Assembly: GCA_009914755.4 (NCBI GenBank)
Contig: CP068257.2
Span: forward strand, 9,632,001 to 9,696,000
Reading direction: 5' to 3'
Length of the DNA stretch: 64,000 nucleotides
Origin: the human T2T-CHM13v2.0 reference genome, Homo sapiens
In this document: positions 15,111 through 33,240 of the stretch, in pieces
Numbering within the stretch: the first letter of the stretch is position 1
Layout: the number at the start of each line of letters is the position of its first letter
The notes under the pieces: generated by a model
The model's input: the letters and a program-made list of their open reading frames with translations, nothing else
Databases searched by the model: none
What the model was told of the DNA's origin: nothing
Made by a program: the position numbers and the translations under genes

Positions 15111-15678
15111 TTATGGATTGAGTTGCATGTATTTGAATATTAGTTTTGTTATTCTTGCAACTTATTAGGGGGTTTGACACTTTTTCTAAATTACAATTGG
15201 GTGAAATTTTTGCAATTGATAAATTGCTAGATAACATAATCTAGCTCATATTATATGATAACTTTAGATGTTAAATCAGTAATAAACCTTATGAAGATCT
15301 ATGTTTCTAGGAAACAATTACTTCAACAAGAAGGGAAAGTAAAGACAGAAGGTAAAACAAAATATAAGACGAAATAAAATAAAGATGGGAATTGAATGCC
15401 ATAGAAGTGTGGAAGTTGGAAGGAAAGTTTCTAAAATTATTTGGATAAAAAGGAAGCCATATATTTTACTGAATCTTCTAGATGGGTTTTAATTCTGTAT
15501 CCTTTCATACTCATGTACTATGCCTTTTTTTCAACTTTTCATTCCACTTGTACTTCCTAACTTATGATGAATTTACCTATATAGAGTCCTTTTATCATTT
15601 AGACTAAAATTGTATTTATTTGAAGGTAAGAACGGTCATATACTTCTTAGTTGTTTTCAGAATTGAAAACATGGTTGA

Positions 15679-15993
<315 letters not shown>

Positions 15994-18514
15994 TCAATAT
16001 CCATGTGATAAATTGAGTTAGAAAGCCAATGAGAGCTTAGCTAATATAAAGGTGATGGAATTCACTATCAAAACTTTTCAGAGACTTAGAAAAAATATGG
16101 AAAATTAGTGAAAATGTAACAGAATGAGGCTTGAAATCAAGATAATTAAACTGCAAACTTTAAGAAGGCAGGAAAGATATCCTTTACTTAGTTTGTCTTG
16201 TCCAACTAATGGTTAGTTGAATGCCATGCACATAACGCATCCCTCTGAGTACTTATTGAATAAATGTAGAATGTCATTCTGGAATAAATTGAGGCAAGAA
16301 ACTAGAGGGATAGCAGTGTGAAAAGTGAGATTAATTTATTTGGTATAGAGTCAGTAAATTTAAGTGGGCCATTTGAAACAACAAGCTTAAAAGAAAACCA
16401 AATAAGCATTTTCAATGCATAGAAATGCAACCATTTTTCTCCTTCTGTACTTTATCCATTCAAACATTGCTTGAAAAAAAATATAACTTTCAGTCTTGCT
16501 TTTTTATCTCCACCAAACTCAGATAATTTTGGTCATTGATGACCTAAGCTAATTCCTATTTTAGAATGCTACGGACGAACGAATCTCAAAACTTCTTTTA
16601 ACCAACTTATTTTATTCCATTTCCTAAGGAATAGAAATTTTTTACCTCCAACCAGGGGAGCTATGAAACAAACTCCCTATTTATTTCCAATCTAAACACA
16701 TTTGATAAAACAGGCAGAGGAATTTTTTATCAGATCTGTATTTTAAATTTTCATGACTGTTGTTCAAGAGTTTCCATTCTTCTTCATAAATATGTAGAGG
16801 CTTAAAATTCTTTTCTGAAAAATAAACTGCTATTTTAAATGATTTTAACTCATATTTATAATACCTTTTTTTATTCTCTGATGATCTCTTGCTGTTTTTC
16901 TTTCTCTAGAAATGTTCTAAGAATAAATTAGCTGTTATACTAAGAAAGGTTCACAAAATGAGTCCTTCACCTATACAGCACCTCTTCTAAATAACAGAGA
17001 GATTACAAATCCAATGTATTTAAACTCTGAGATGTCTATATGTGTAGTGTTAAAAAATGTAGCTGTCAGTTTTAACAGCTTTTCCCCTGAGATTTCAGTG
17101 GCTAGCTAATGATCTCTTTTAAGGATTAGGACAATTTCTAGATAGTGAAATGGCAGGAAAACATATCAAATACATATTTTTCCATTATACTATTCTGAGG
17201 ACTGTAAAGTCTTACTCAATGTATATCACTTTTAATTTTTAGGATACATAGAAATATTTGCTAGTAGAAATAAATGGCAGCTGTTTACTTGAAGATGGTT
17301 TAGAAAGATGCTTTTCTCTTTTAATTTGAATTGCTACTGTAAATGTCATCACATGTATTTCAGTATTGTCTATGCCAACTTTGTACCTGAAAAACAGTAT
17401 TATGAATTGGGCATTATATTCCATCTTCATAAATTAAAAAAGAAACATAATAACTAGCGAAGTGGAATGAGGAAGGTGTGGGGAGACACAGAATTTTTCA
17501 AAAGTAGTAACAAATTCAAGCATGTATTAGCTTAATATATCATAACTTAAATGATTTAAATTAGGTATATGTTTATACCAATAAGTTTTAAATTCTTAAT
17601 TCTAACCTCATCAAGTACCAACAAAGAATGCCCTTCCATATTAATACACTTTGGGAATTAAGATAAAGTATATGTAATTAAATCATCAAACTCCTTTTGT
17701 TGTTTAGCAGGTAGTTTGATATAATAAGAGAAATTGTGTTCTCATTATATATTTGTCACAATGAATGAATGTAAAACCTTAATCAGGCTATCTGACTTCT
17801 TTTAGTGACATTACCCTTTTTGCAACCAACACATCAAATTAGTAATATTTATCCTACAAAAATAATGTGAAGATAAATGAGATAACATATATAATAGTCA
17901 CAAATACTTATTGAATAAAGCTGTTTTTATTTATATATTTCTATGTACTTACTAGATATGTTCTTATTAAATATTTTATTATGGTATATGTCAAGTCTTT
18001 TACTTCTTTTTTTATACTTAGTATATTATAGAACTCATCTTCCAATAAAATTGTAATACAATTTTCTTGATTTACTAATCCTAGGTGAAAAAAATATATA
18101 TATATATATGTTGTCTTCTGTTTGAATTATGCTTAGTGGATGGCATTTTCAATAATCTCTCTGATTCTTCCTTTTCCTGTTTAAACTACTCTCATTCTCA
18201 TTGTGGCCTAGAGTTCTTTTTCCCTAATATTGCCTTCAGAAGGCTAAGTTTCTAATATAATAACAATTTGAGTCTTTACCACTTCTCTCTAGAATCGTGA
18301 TTTAGACTAGGTTATTAGAGTAAACAATATGATTCCAAATTTTTTCTTTTTTTTAATGGGCTAGCATCCAAAAAGCTTAAGAATTCTTGGGGGAAATGAC
18401 ATAATTAAGCTAGATTATTTTAATTTAAATTCAGAATTAAAAATCATTTTCAATAGCTTCTTTGTCTTAATTTAACAAGCTTTTGTTGAACATTGATTAT
18501 ATTTTGAATTCTAT

Positions 18515-19000
18515 TTTTTCTTTTATTTTTAGTTGGCACATAATTATACGTATTTATGGGATACAGAGTGATATTTTGATACATGTATACAATATGAAAT
18601 AATCTAATCAGAGTAATTAGCATATCTATCACCTTGTACATTTGTCATTTCCTTGTGATGTGAATATTCAGAATTCTGTCTGGTACGTTTTTAAAAAAAT
18701 TCACTAAATTATTGTTAACTTAATTCACCCTACAGTGCTACAGAACAGTAGAGCTATTCCTCCCTTCTAGCTACAACTTTGTTACAAAGTTAACTTTGCT
18801 TACCAACCTCTTTCCATCCTCTTCTTATTCCCATCCTTTCCAGCCTCTGATAACTACAATTCTACTTGTTACTTTTATAAGTTCATTTTTACCTCCCACA
18901 TATAAGTGAGAACATGTGGTTTTTCTCTCTCTGTGCCTGTCTTATTTCACTTAACGTAATGTCCTCCAGGCTCATCCACGTTGTAACTAATAACATGATT
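18515..19000 (-). mobile_element. L1 3'-end fragment (antisense, older L1)
   Basis: T-rich start then 'agttggcacataattatacgtatttatgggatacagagtgatattttgatacatgtatacaat...cacatataagtgagaacatgtggtttttctctctctgtgcctgtcttatttcacttaacgtaatgtcctccaggctcatccacgttgt', the antisense of the L1 3'UTR/ORF2 end. Confidence 0.8.
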
Positions 19001-20747
19001 TCAATTCATTACAAAACTTAAAAGGATACTCAACAGTGCCAAACATTCTATTTTAGTTTCCCAATGCATTCACTCCCACAGCATTCATAACAATAACCTT
19101 CTACAAAGTTACCACGTCTTATGCTAAATTGACAAGATCTCCCAATATTAAGTAAATTCTGTCCTTAGCTCTCCCTCTCATTTTAGTATTATCATTCTCA
19201 TTAATGAATAATTCCCTTTTTGTTAAAAGTTTACATTGACCTACCGTTGTCCTTCAGTTATCAACTTACTTTGTATTCTTTCTTTGAAAGAAATCAATCA
19301 AACAATAGACAGTCTCCTTCAATATTTCCTGTACTGTCTTCAACCCACTTAGCTGAGTACTTTCTTTTTTCTCTACTTACTCACTTTTTCCCGAGTGTTC
19401 TCAAGCATTTTCATGGGTTTAAAGGCCAGTTACATGATAGCATCTCAGAATATTTCCCATTTTGGTATCTTCTCTGAGGTAGAGCTTTGCATAGTCATCT
19501 ACTTACTTAATATCAAATGTGGATTGTTTTATAGACAACTGAAATTCATAATGTTTTAAGTAGAGTTTTGTTATTTTCTCTGCTTCCCAGTTTGTGTGTG
19601 TATGTTTGTTTGTTTACTTCAGCTGGTGTTCCCATTGATTTTATCTTATCTAATACACCAAAACCCTATCAGTAGCTGTTTTCTTCAAACTTGCACATAT
19701 CTTAAATATGTATTTCATTATTTTGAACAAGGTCTCCACCTTCTTGTCCTTTCACTTTAATAGTTTTCTAATTCATTTCCTTGTGTTTATTCTTGTCCCA
19801 GTAAAAATTATTCTTGGTTTAAGAGGCAGAGATATATATGTATTATAAACACAGGGAAACAAATTAGATATAAACCAATTATTATAAACCAATGTAATAA
19901 TAATAATATATATTACATTTTTTTCTTTTTTATTTCTTCTTTTTCTTTTTTATTTTTTGTAATGTAAGCAAGATTCTTTCCCTCCTTTGCCTTAAATCCT
20001 TTAGTTACTTGTGGAGTACAATTACAAATCTCCAGGATGCTAAAGCTCTGCTCTGCTGTCTACAATCAAAGGCACCATTCAAGACCCTCACTCCTAACGA
20101 GACAGGGCTCTTTCCACTCTTGAAACACAGTTTTTCCCCATGTCAGGGTTTTGCACAAGGTAACAACTTGTCTTTGAAGCTTCATAGTTTGGCTTGTTAA
20201 TCAAATGGTTCCTTTTCCATATTTAAGTCATCACTTTACATTTCATTTTCTTGGAGAGGTCTTCGCATGACTCCAAGCTATCACCAGTTATGTGCTATCG
20301 TAGAACATGGTTTATCCAGAAATAGTGATAACTTTCATCACTATTGATCATTCTTTGGTTTTCTTTACATTTATTTTATATCTTAAACACTGTAATATAA
20401 AAGACCTCAGGGATGGACCATGAATTTTATATTTAGCACAATACTTCAGAAGATCCATACTATCCTTTTTCTTTTTTATTCATTTTATTTTAAAATTTTC
20501 ATTTTGAACTACTTTAAAGCTTACAAAAATATATTTTAAAAAATCAAGAGTTCCTATATATTCTTCACCCAGCTTCTTGACTGCTAACACCAATCTAAGA
20601 GTACAGTTACTCACATTAGGAAATTGATATGGAATTAGTTACTTACCTACATATTTTGTTCATGGTTCCACTAATGTTTTTTAACTAGGATCAAAATCAG
20701 GGTCACACATTGCATTTATCTGCTACATTTCTTTAGTCTTCTTTATC

Positions 20748-21038
<291 letters not shown>

Positions 21039-21892
21039 TTAAAAAAGAAAATTCAGCTTTTCTTTTTGTCTTTCATGCCCTTGATACTTGTTTTTTGTAG
21101 ATTATTCTGAAGTTTGATTTTTTTCTAATATTTCTTCATGGTTAAATTCACATAATATATTTTGGCAAGAATGCCACAATGCCGAGGTTGTCCTTCTCAG
21201 TGCATCATATCAGGAGGCACATGATATCATCGTGTCCTAATACTGTTGACATTAACTCTGATCACTTGAATAAGATATTGTCTGCCACATTTCTCCACTT
21301 CAAAGTTACCATTTTTAAAATCAGTATTTTGTTGAGAGATACTTGGAGATTATGTAAATATCTTGTTTCTCATAATTGTATCCACTAATTTTAGCAGACT
21401 TGTCTGCAACAATTATATGGTATTTGCCAAGAAATGAGAATCTATTTCCACTATTCTTTCTATATTTATTGATTAGAATTCTACTGTATGGAAAAGCTTT
21501 CCTTTGTCCCACTTTTCTTATTTATCCAATTATTTATTTATATTAGTGTGGATTCATGTGTATTTGGTTTAATTAATCTGAATAATCTATTGCCATCATT
21601 ATTTATTCCCTTGCTCAATTTATCTCAGTTTGTGTCACTGAGAGCCACTTCTAGTTAGCTCCTATGTTCTTTGGCATGTCTCCATCATTAGTTGAGACTT
21701 CCTTATTTTCTTAACAACAACAGATGTCTCAGACCCATTTTGTTCTTTCTGCCGCATGCACCTAGAATCAGGCATTGATCCAAGCAGCTCTGTATCCTTT
21801 TAACGAAGAAAAAAGTGAATCCAAGATTTGAATGCTAGATGTGCTGATTGCTATTAAAATGTTATTGCTTCTAGTCTTAGTGGTTAAAATTA

Positions 21893-22225
<333 letters not shown>

Positions 22226-22454
22226 TCACACACAAACATGTGCATCTAGGTCTATTTATATATCTACACATTCTTTTCAATTTCTATCTAATGTAGAAAA
22301 AAAGTAAACTTAAGTATATATTGATAGTTTTGATTCTGATTGAACACCATAAGTGTTATTCTAGTCTCCACTCCCCTTCATTTCTAAATTCTTTTTCTAA
22401 AACAGAATCACTTAGTTTTGTTTTAGTTAATATACTTAATATAATCATTTGCTT

Positions 22455-22590
22455 TTTATTTTTATTTTTTTAAATTTCAACTTTTAGATTTGAGGATATA
22501 TGTGAGGGTTTGTTACAGAGTATACTGCATGATGCTGAGGTTTGGGGTATGACTGAACCCATCATCCAGGTAGTGAGCATAGAACCCAAG
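22455..22590 (-). mobile_element. short L1 3'-end fragment (antisense)
   Basis: 'cttttagatttgaggatatatgtgagggtttgttacagagtatactgcatgatgctgaggtttggggtatgactgaacccatcatccaggtagtgagcatagaacccaagaggtattttc' matches the L1 3' terminus antisense; T-rich run upstream. Confidence 0.75.
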
Positions 22591-24480
22591 AGGTATTTTC
22601 TATGGCACTTTACACATTCTAGAAAACTGGTTGTTAATTAGCACAAGCACCTATAATAGTGCCTGATATATTTAATACTCAAAATATATGTTAAATTAAA
22701 AACAAATGTATAAATTAATGGTTGACTATCATAATAATTACTCAAAATGTAACATAATTCCAAAGGAGAAAACTTTTTTCTAAAAAGGCTCTCTCAATTG
22801 CTCTTTCTGATTTATTATTTTCCCCAAATCTGTAGTTGCTTCATTATTGTTTGGAATTTTGCATTAGTTGTCAACAAACAAAAAATATGGATCATACCAC
22901 AGCTCTTTCATTGCTTTCATTTCTTGAGATATATGAATGTATGTGATATCTTTGATGTCCTGTATTTTATCTTTATTGCTTTTTGTTACTTAAGAACATC
23001 TAGAAAAGAAGATAAATATTAATCATGTCAGAAATTATCAAAGGTTGATTACAATAAAAATTTCTCTAATGTGATAACCACTCAAAAACTTCCTTCTTCA
23101 TCAAAACACAGTATTTTTTAAAAAATAGAGTGCTTCATTTTTATTTCACAGAAAATAATCAAATGATAGCCATAATATTATGAACTAGAGTCACATAGGC
23201 TATTCTAATAATACTTTTTGTGAAAGAAGTATTGAGGAGGTCTTAGGACCAAAGAATATTTGTTTAATAGTGTCAGAATTCATTTTAACACCATAAAAAG
23301 GATATGTATTTGTTCAATTTCACTCACTGCACAAAGAATTAGATAAAAGAAGATTTTCAGTAATAGCATTCATTTTGAGTCTTACCAATCCTTTCAGTTT
23401 TGGTATAACAAAAAGGCTATTAGCTTTTACTCTGTTGTGTTGAATTTTGATGATTTCTGACAGTCTTCACTGAGATGCTCAAAGAGATGAGACTTGCCAG
23501 TCTAATAACTTAAGATCTCATTAAATTTACCAGCAACATAAAAGCTATTTCTGCCTCTTAACTTTTTGATGTGTTGCCTTTTTCTAATCCTCTTCTCAGG
23601 ACCTATTTGAAAGACAATAAAAATTTTGTTTTTGTGTGTTGAAAGATTTCTCCATTATCAAGAGAGTAGTCAGTTCTTAACTTTAGAATGATTGTATATA
23701 TAGATATGAAAAATAAGGAAACAATTATTAAGAAAACTAATCAAATTTTGTACTAACATTTAGTAATTTTAACAAAATTATTGTGCATTGTATTTTGCAG
23801 CATTTATGCAGAGGATATACTAACCTGTTTAAATTTTTAGACACAAATAGTAGAAAATAGAACATCATCATTTTCAGGAGCAAGGAAGTAACCTGTGAAA
23901 AAGTGAATGCCTTTCTTCAAATAATATGCTAATGAAAGGCTGAGATATTAATGTCCAAATATTATAAAACGTTCATTTTAATATAATGTTTTACTTTATA
24001 TTTATATTGTATTGTATAACAAAGAAATGTGAGTCTTCTTACACCTGAGAACTTGAACTGGCAATCTACATATTGTTGTTGAAACAATTTTAAATTAAAC
24101 ATACAATGAGAGGGAAAAATGATTCTGTTGCCTCAATTTTAAAAGGAATATTTTGAAGAAATAATTTTCCATATAATAGCTTGTTATGATCTTGCCTTTT
24201 AGCCTCCCTGGATAAAGAAATGCATACTTATAATAATTGAAGGAAGACAATTTTCCTTGTTTTCTGCAAATTAGAAATATATTAGGCTATTAAATACATA
24301 ATTCAAAATATACAGAATAAAGGTATTATAGAACCTAAGAATTATATAAAGAATTATATACATAAAGTAATGAATACATATACAAATAGTATAAAAATAC
24401 TAAAAATAGTATTTGCTTATTGATTAATTACTATGGGTATTATATAACTCTTAGTTTCTACATTGCCTTTCTATTCTTAG

Positions 24481-24636
24481 TTATTATAATAGGTATATTA
24501 TAATTACTAATACGTATAAACTACTTATAGTTTATATGAATGTGTTATATGTACATGTATATTATAATAACTAATACCTATAAACTATTTACAATTATAC
24601 ATATTATAATAACTAATAAATATAAACTACTTATTG
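24481..24636. repeat. minisatellite-like cluster (~36-bp motif, 3 copies)
   Basis: Three copies of a 'tatattataataactaatacctataaactacttat'-like motif at 24494-24530, 24558-24595 and 24601-24636. Confidence 0.6.
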
Positions 24637-25222
24637 TCAAAACTGTTTTTAACTATTAAAAGATAAAGCACACAGATATGTTTTCTTTACTAGGTATTCC
24701 CAGAAGCACTCATAAAACTCGGAGTTTTCATATAGCAGTGATTACAGACTTGCTATTTTTATTATTCCCATTTCATAGATTAAGAGCACAAGACTCATAT
24801 TAGTGTTATTTAGCCATGTCACAGAGCCAGTTCCCAGATATTTTTTCCACTTGTTTTGTCATGAAGAATGAGAAGTAGAATCAGCATCAAGTTTGTGCTA
24901 AACAAGTACAATAATAAGAAAGCACAGCAAATGCTGACTAGACTGTAAGAATATTTTTGCTTTTAGGCTACCCAAAAAAGATAAGATATATGAGGTGATC
25001 AAAGTGAATAATTATATAAACAAGAGGAATTAGAATATGAATAAGCCAGGAAAAATAGGAATAGTCCAAAAAAACACACACACCCATTTCTTATTTAAAC
25101 TTAAAAGGAGACAAATTCATTCAATCTATATATATTTATTTTGCTACCTCAATAGAGATAAATATCTTCTCTAAGAAAAATCCCACTTTACTTAATATGT
25201 ATCACATTTACCTAACAAGTAA

Positions 25223-25944
<722 letters not shown>

Positions 25945-26057
25945 GGATTATTTTATCATTGTAGAGAATAGCTTCTAGGTTATGAGAATATTAAATAAAA
26001 TAAACTGGAGAGACTCTCAGCAGCAAACTATGGTATGTAAGTATATAGGTAAATATG

Positions 26058-26140
26058 TATCTATCTATCTATTTATCTATCTAATCTAGCCTATCTATCT
26101 ATCTATCTATCACCTATCTATCCATCTATCTATCTATCTC
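26058..26140. repeat. (GATA)n/(TATC)n tetranucleotide microsatellite, interrupted
   Basis: 'tatctatctatctatttatctatctaatctagcctatctatctatctatctatcacctatctatccatctatctatctatctcc'. Confidence 0.9.
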
Positions 26141-26499
26141 CTTTTCTTTCATTTATGTCTGGATCTGTACCAAACACCAGGCAGAGGAGTTAGGAGAAGT
26201 AACTGAAAAACCCATGGGTGACATCACCAACTAAAACAGGTGACAAATAATCAGCATAAAACCCAGGATACAAGAGTAATTGTCCTAATCATTGGCAGCA
26301 TAGGGCCAGTACCAGCTGGACTTAATGGCAAAGATAAAATGAAGATAAAAGGAAGTATTGTAAGATCTTAATATCAATAAACTACAACAAGAAATCATCA
26401 ATAATGCTCACTCCCAAAAGAAAAATACTTACCCTGAAGAAAAACAATTGGAACAAAATCAAAATTAATCAGAGAATCAGATAATCTGAGACAAGTAAG

Positions 26500-27950
26500 A
26501 TAATTTTTAGAAAATAATTTTTAGAAAAAAAAAATTTGAAGGTACATAAAATCAAATAGAAGTGGTACAAACTATAGTAAGAGATATAGAGTATAAAAAT
26601 AAGAGTAAAAAACAGAAATTGAGAGATTAAAAACATCTAAAAATTTTCTAAACATAGAACTTCGGCAAAGAATAGTAATACCCATGTAACGGTTATTTCT
26701 AAGAACAAAAATTAAAATAAAAAATAATATTAATTATTTGAGCATGAAGGTAAAAGGATAAGAAGTTTATATTGATAATAGACTTCTTGATAGCAACATT
26801 TTATACAGGATGATAATCAAGAAATGGTTTAATGATTATGAAACAGATAACACAGTAGCGAGATGAGATTTTATTCATCCAAACTATGAATCATGTCTAA
26901 GGAATGTAGAACATCATGAATATTTATGATTTTAAGAAACATTGTTCCTGTGATGGCTTTTTTAGAAATGTCCTACCTACTGACAAGAAGACAAACATCA
27001 TGTGAAGCTTCTGGATAAGGACTAAATATGTTTAATTTTATAATTAAGAACAAGTAATGGGGATTAAAGTGACAAAACATGATGCTATTAAGTGTGTTAA
27101 ACATGAAGAAATAATGCAACTCAACAACAAATGGAAAAAAGGAGAAGAAAAAGAAAGTAGACGAATCTTAATGACTATCTCAGGAGTATCTAACTGCCAT
27201 TAAAAAAATATGGAATTAAAGTAAATGTTAAGCAAAAAGAGAGAAGAAAGGAAAGAAAGTTTACTAGAATACAGTATTACTACTCATTGAAGAAATCAAT
27301 AGACAGTATTCAAACACACTAGAGGACTAGTATATTTTATTATAATATTATTATAAGATAATAATAAGAATAAACATAGAAACATTTATAAATACCAAAT
27401 GAGTATATCCTGCCCCTCAAATTAAAGTGTAAATACAGGGCAAGATTTTATATAAATTATTTATATAGCAAAAACTTATATAACAGAACTTAACACCAGC
27501 ATAACAGGTATATCAAAGACACAAATGGGCTTAACTCACCATTAAATGGCATACTTTTAGATTGGCTAATGGAGCAGAATCCAATCTATTCTGTGTGCAA
27601 GAAACATATTGAACAAGGCAATTCAGAATGGTTTAATGTAAAAGGAAGAGCAAAGATAGATCTTGTATGATAGCAAGATCCTGAAATAGTTGTCAGAATT
27701 TTGCTATGAGACAAGATAGAATTTAAGACAAAATAAATTTAACAGGATAAGGAAGGGAAATTTATTCTACAGAAGGATTCATGCTTCATTCTACATTAAA
27801 AATAAAATATATATTAATAACATACACAAAATTACAATTTTCATAAAGCAGAAAGAAGTTGAAAGAAGAAATAGACATTAAAACTGGAGATTTTAACATA
27901 GCTTATTAATTGGTAAGTCCTTGAAGAATGCAAATAAGCCTCACTTTTAC
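26500..27950 (+). mobile_element. ancient L1 (L1M-like) fragment: inter-ORF region and ORF2 N-terminal (endonuclease) region
   Basis: Degenerate translations resemble the L1 ORF2 N-terminus (...LNVNGLNSP-like; 'ilydskilk...etr.nlrqnkfnrirkgnlfyrrihasfyiknkiyinnihkitifikqkeverrnrh.nwrf'). Heavily mutated. Confidence 0.6.
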
Positions 27951-27959
27951 TAATTAAAA

Positions 27960-28450
27960 AAAATTAACACAAATACTGACAAAGACTCCTTCATCAAACT
28001 TTAGTCAGATTTTTGAGCTCTCGTCTCAACTAGATCTTCACCTAGGCCCCTTGCCTAGTCTCCATAGCTCACTTTTAACAAGAATCCTTAAGTCCATATA
28101 GACAGAATCTTGATATCTGATCACCCTGAGCTGCCTTCAGCAAGAATCCTGTTAATTTGGTTTAGCAAGAGTTCCCCTACTTTTGATGTCTCCTCTTAGT
28201 AATTTTCCATCCACTGACCCCCTCACACTGCTCTTTTGCTATAAATTTCCATGCGTGCTTGTATTTGGAATTGAGCTCCTTTCTCTACTAAAGTCTCTTT
28301 TCCTGTGTTGCAATAATTTCTGAATAAAATCTTTCTTTACTGCTTTAATTACCCTCTGGCTCTGGTTCTCTTTGACATTACTCTTTGAAGAATCACTTTA
28401 GGGGAAAAGAATAAATGCAAGAAGACAAAGGCAGAGACTATTATCCAAAT
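27960..28450 (+). mobile_element. unclassified LTR-like segment
   Basis: 'gctataaatttccatgcgtgcttg' (TATA-like ~28240) followed ~85 bp later by 'tgttgcaataatttctgaataaaatctttctttactgc' (AATAAA). Family unknown. Confidence 0.25.
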
Positions 28451-28454
28451 ATAG

Positions 28455-30601
<2,147 letters not shown>

Positions 30602-30635
30602 GAATGGAGATAATGATGATGGTAATGTCTTGGAT

Positions 30636-31012
30636 ACTGATTGCAATGGACTGCATGTCTGTTGCCACCCTGTCTCTGAAACTTATAGGTGGAAATCCTA
30701 ACCCTTAATATGATGGTATTAGGAGGTGGGACTTTCAGGAGGTGGTTACATCATGAGGTTGGAGCCCTTCTAAATGGAACTAGTTCCCCTATATAATAGA
30801 CCCAAGAGAGTTCTCTCACTCTCTGGCATGTGAGGATACAAGAAGAAAATGGTAGTCTGCAACTTAGAAGAGAGATATCACTGAAACCTGGTCACTCTGG
30901 TACCATGGTCTCAGACTTCTAGCCTTTAGAACTGTGAAAAAATTGATTTTTGTTATTTCTAAGCCACCTAGTCTATAGGTCTTTGTGATAGCAGTCAGAA
31001 TTGACTAAAACA
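30636..31012 (+). mobile_element. MaLR solo LTR (MST-like)
   Basis: '...ggtattaggaggtgggactttcaggaggtggttacatcatgaggttggagcccttctaaatggaactag...cttctagcctttagaactgtgaaaaaattgatttttgttatttctaagccacctagtctataggtctttgtgatagcagtcagaattgactaaaaca' is the typical MST/THE1 LTR organisation. Confidence 0.7.
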
Positions 31013-32689
31013 GTAATAGTAGCAATGGCGATGGAAAGAGTGAATGCATTTGATATATACTTTGAAGAAAGAAATAACAGGACTATCAGTCATGTGGATG
31101 TTTGGCATGAGAGAAATGCAAGATGGTAATTAAACAACTTTGTGTCTAAGTCTGAAGGTTGGAGAATAGGCAAAGGTAAAAGTAAAGCTATGGGAGTTAC
31201 CGACACTTATGAGCCCTTTAAAGGAATTATTTATTTTTATTGTTAAATCACCAAGGAAGGGTTGAAACAGACAATAGAAATTAATGCCAAATGAGCTGAA
31301 AAAAAAATGTGTTGCAATTAAGTTGGGAATAAAAAGCTGAGGTGGCAAGAAGAAAAGCAAGGTTGGTATATTTTTAAAGAACTCTATAATGAATAATGTT
31401 TTGAAGAGGAAGAAATTTTCAACAATTTGAAATGCTGCTGAGACTTTGGGAAATGTGAATGGTGCCCACGTAGAAGTTATTGACAGTCATTGAAACAACA
31501 CTCCCTTTAGCATTATGTATAAGAAACTAGATTAGAATGAAACAAATGGATTCTTAATTCCAGAATTGTGGAGAAATAGAAAATCTAAAAACTTATTGGA
31601 AACACAAGAAATGCAACATGAACTACAATAACCATCCATTTCAATAAAATTAGAGGATTTCAGGTTCAGGTCATGATAAAGTAGCACAAACTCACACCCT
31701 GAAGTTGGCTATAAAAGCTGGGCAAAATATGTTAGACAATTGTTGGAAGACACGGGAGAACAATCAATGTATACAGAGCTTGAGTGGGATTATTATTAAA
31801 AAGAAATAATTATAGACTATAAATTACATTCACTCAGACGTTTTTCCTCTAATAACATTTCCCAAATAGTGATGTGAAGAAAGAAAGCATACACAGAAAG
31901 TGAAATTTTACTGTGTTGAGGTGACAGAGATTAGAGTTCAGAGTATCTAGTGTGTATGGGGCTCATGAGACAAATTTCCAAGAAGGAGGTAACCACAGAG
32001 AGAGAGCCTGAATATCTGCATACAAATGCCCCTTAAGTGTGGCCAGTATCAAAGATATGTATGCACAAGGTGAGACGTCAAGAAGCCTAGCAGAAATCAA
32101 TAAATGGGAGGTTGGAGTGCTGAGTTTAGATTTCAGCTAGTGGTTTAGAGAAGAAAGAGGTTGTGGTTCAAACACTGGTAATTACAGAGGATGAGATGGG
32201 AGTGAGAAACTATATGGCTAAATGTGGTCATTCTTCAGGTTTTAGCTTTTATGCAGGGTGCTATATGCTGGTTGCTTCCAACACTGAAAAAGTTATTATT
32301 TAATTACCTACATATAAAAGATGACCATGAATAGGCATAAGATGAAAGTATGTCATTAATCAAAATGATGATTAATTCAATTCTCTATAATTGAGATTCA
32401 ATTAAAAAGAATATTATTCATCACATTCACAGAGTAAATGAGAAAAATCACATAATTTCAGTAGATGCAGATACGTTAAGATCTGTATCCTAACAGATAT
32501 TGATACAAAGAAGTATTTGATAAAATTCATCATTAATTTACTGTATATATATATATGCTCTTATTAAACTAGGATTTAAAAGGCACTTAATTAAGTTGAT
32601 AAAGTGTATCTTTTGAAATCCTATAAACAATATGTTATGACATAATAATGTGGGAATGTTAGAAGACTTGCTTTTAAACCTGGGAACAA

Positions 32690-33240
32690 GAAGAGATTCT
32701 CTGTTATTTTCCTATGCTGCTGTAACAAATTGCCACAAAATGGGTAGCTTAAAGCAACACAGACTTTTTCTCTTATAGTTCTGAAGGCCAAAAATTCATA
32801 ATCAGTATCAGTGGTCTAAAACCAAGGTGTGATCAGCACCCTATTTTTTCCAGAGAACTCAGGGGAGAGTAATTCTAGAAATTATTCCAGAAACGCAGCT
32901 TCTAGAACTACATTTCTTGTCTCAAAGGCCACTTCTTCTATCTTCAAAGATAGCAGCGTATAATTTTCAAATATTTCTCCACTTCCATGATCACATAACC
33001 TAGATTCTATGTCAAATCTCCCTCTCCCTCACTCTTATAAGGACACTTAAGATTGCATTTAGAGCCCACCAAGATAATTCATGATAATCTTCCATCACAA
33101 AATTCTTCACTTATTCACATCTGCAAGTCTCTTTGCCATAAAGGTTACATTTACAGGTACTAAGGATTAAGACCTGACATCTCTTGAGGCCATTATTCAC
33201 CCTAACACAGATGTCCTCTCTTGCTGCTTGTTTTACACAT
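32690..33240 (+). mobile_element. ancient interspersed repeat, family not assigned (the common 'gctgtaacaaattgccacaaa...' mammalian repeat)
   Basis: 'ctatgctgctgtaacaaattgccacaaaatgggtagcttaaagcaacacagactttttctcttatagttctgaaggccaaaaattcataatcagtatcagtggtctaaaaccaaggtgtgatcagcaccc...ctcttataaggacacttaagattgcatttagagcccaccaagataattcatgataatcttccatcacaaaattcttcacttattcacatctgcaagtc' matches a very abundant human repeat whose name I cannot state confidently. Confidence 0.45.

Noticed and set aside
19030-20700. AT-rich unique-looking stretch with T-rich runs, possibly an old L1/LINE 3' region
   Set aside because: No confident match to any consensus I can recall; left uncalled.
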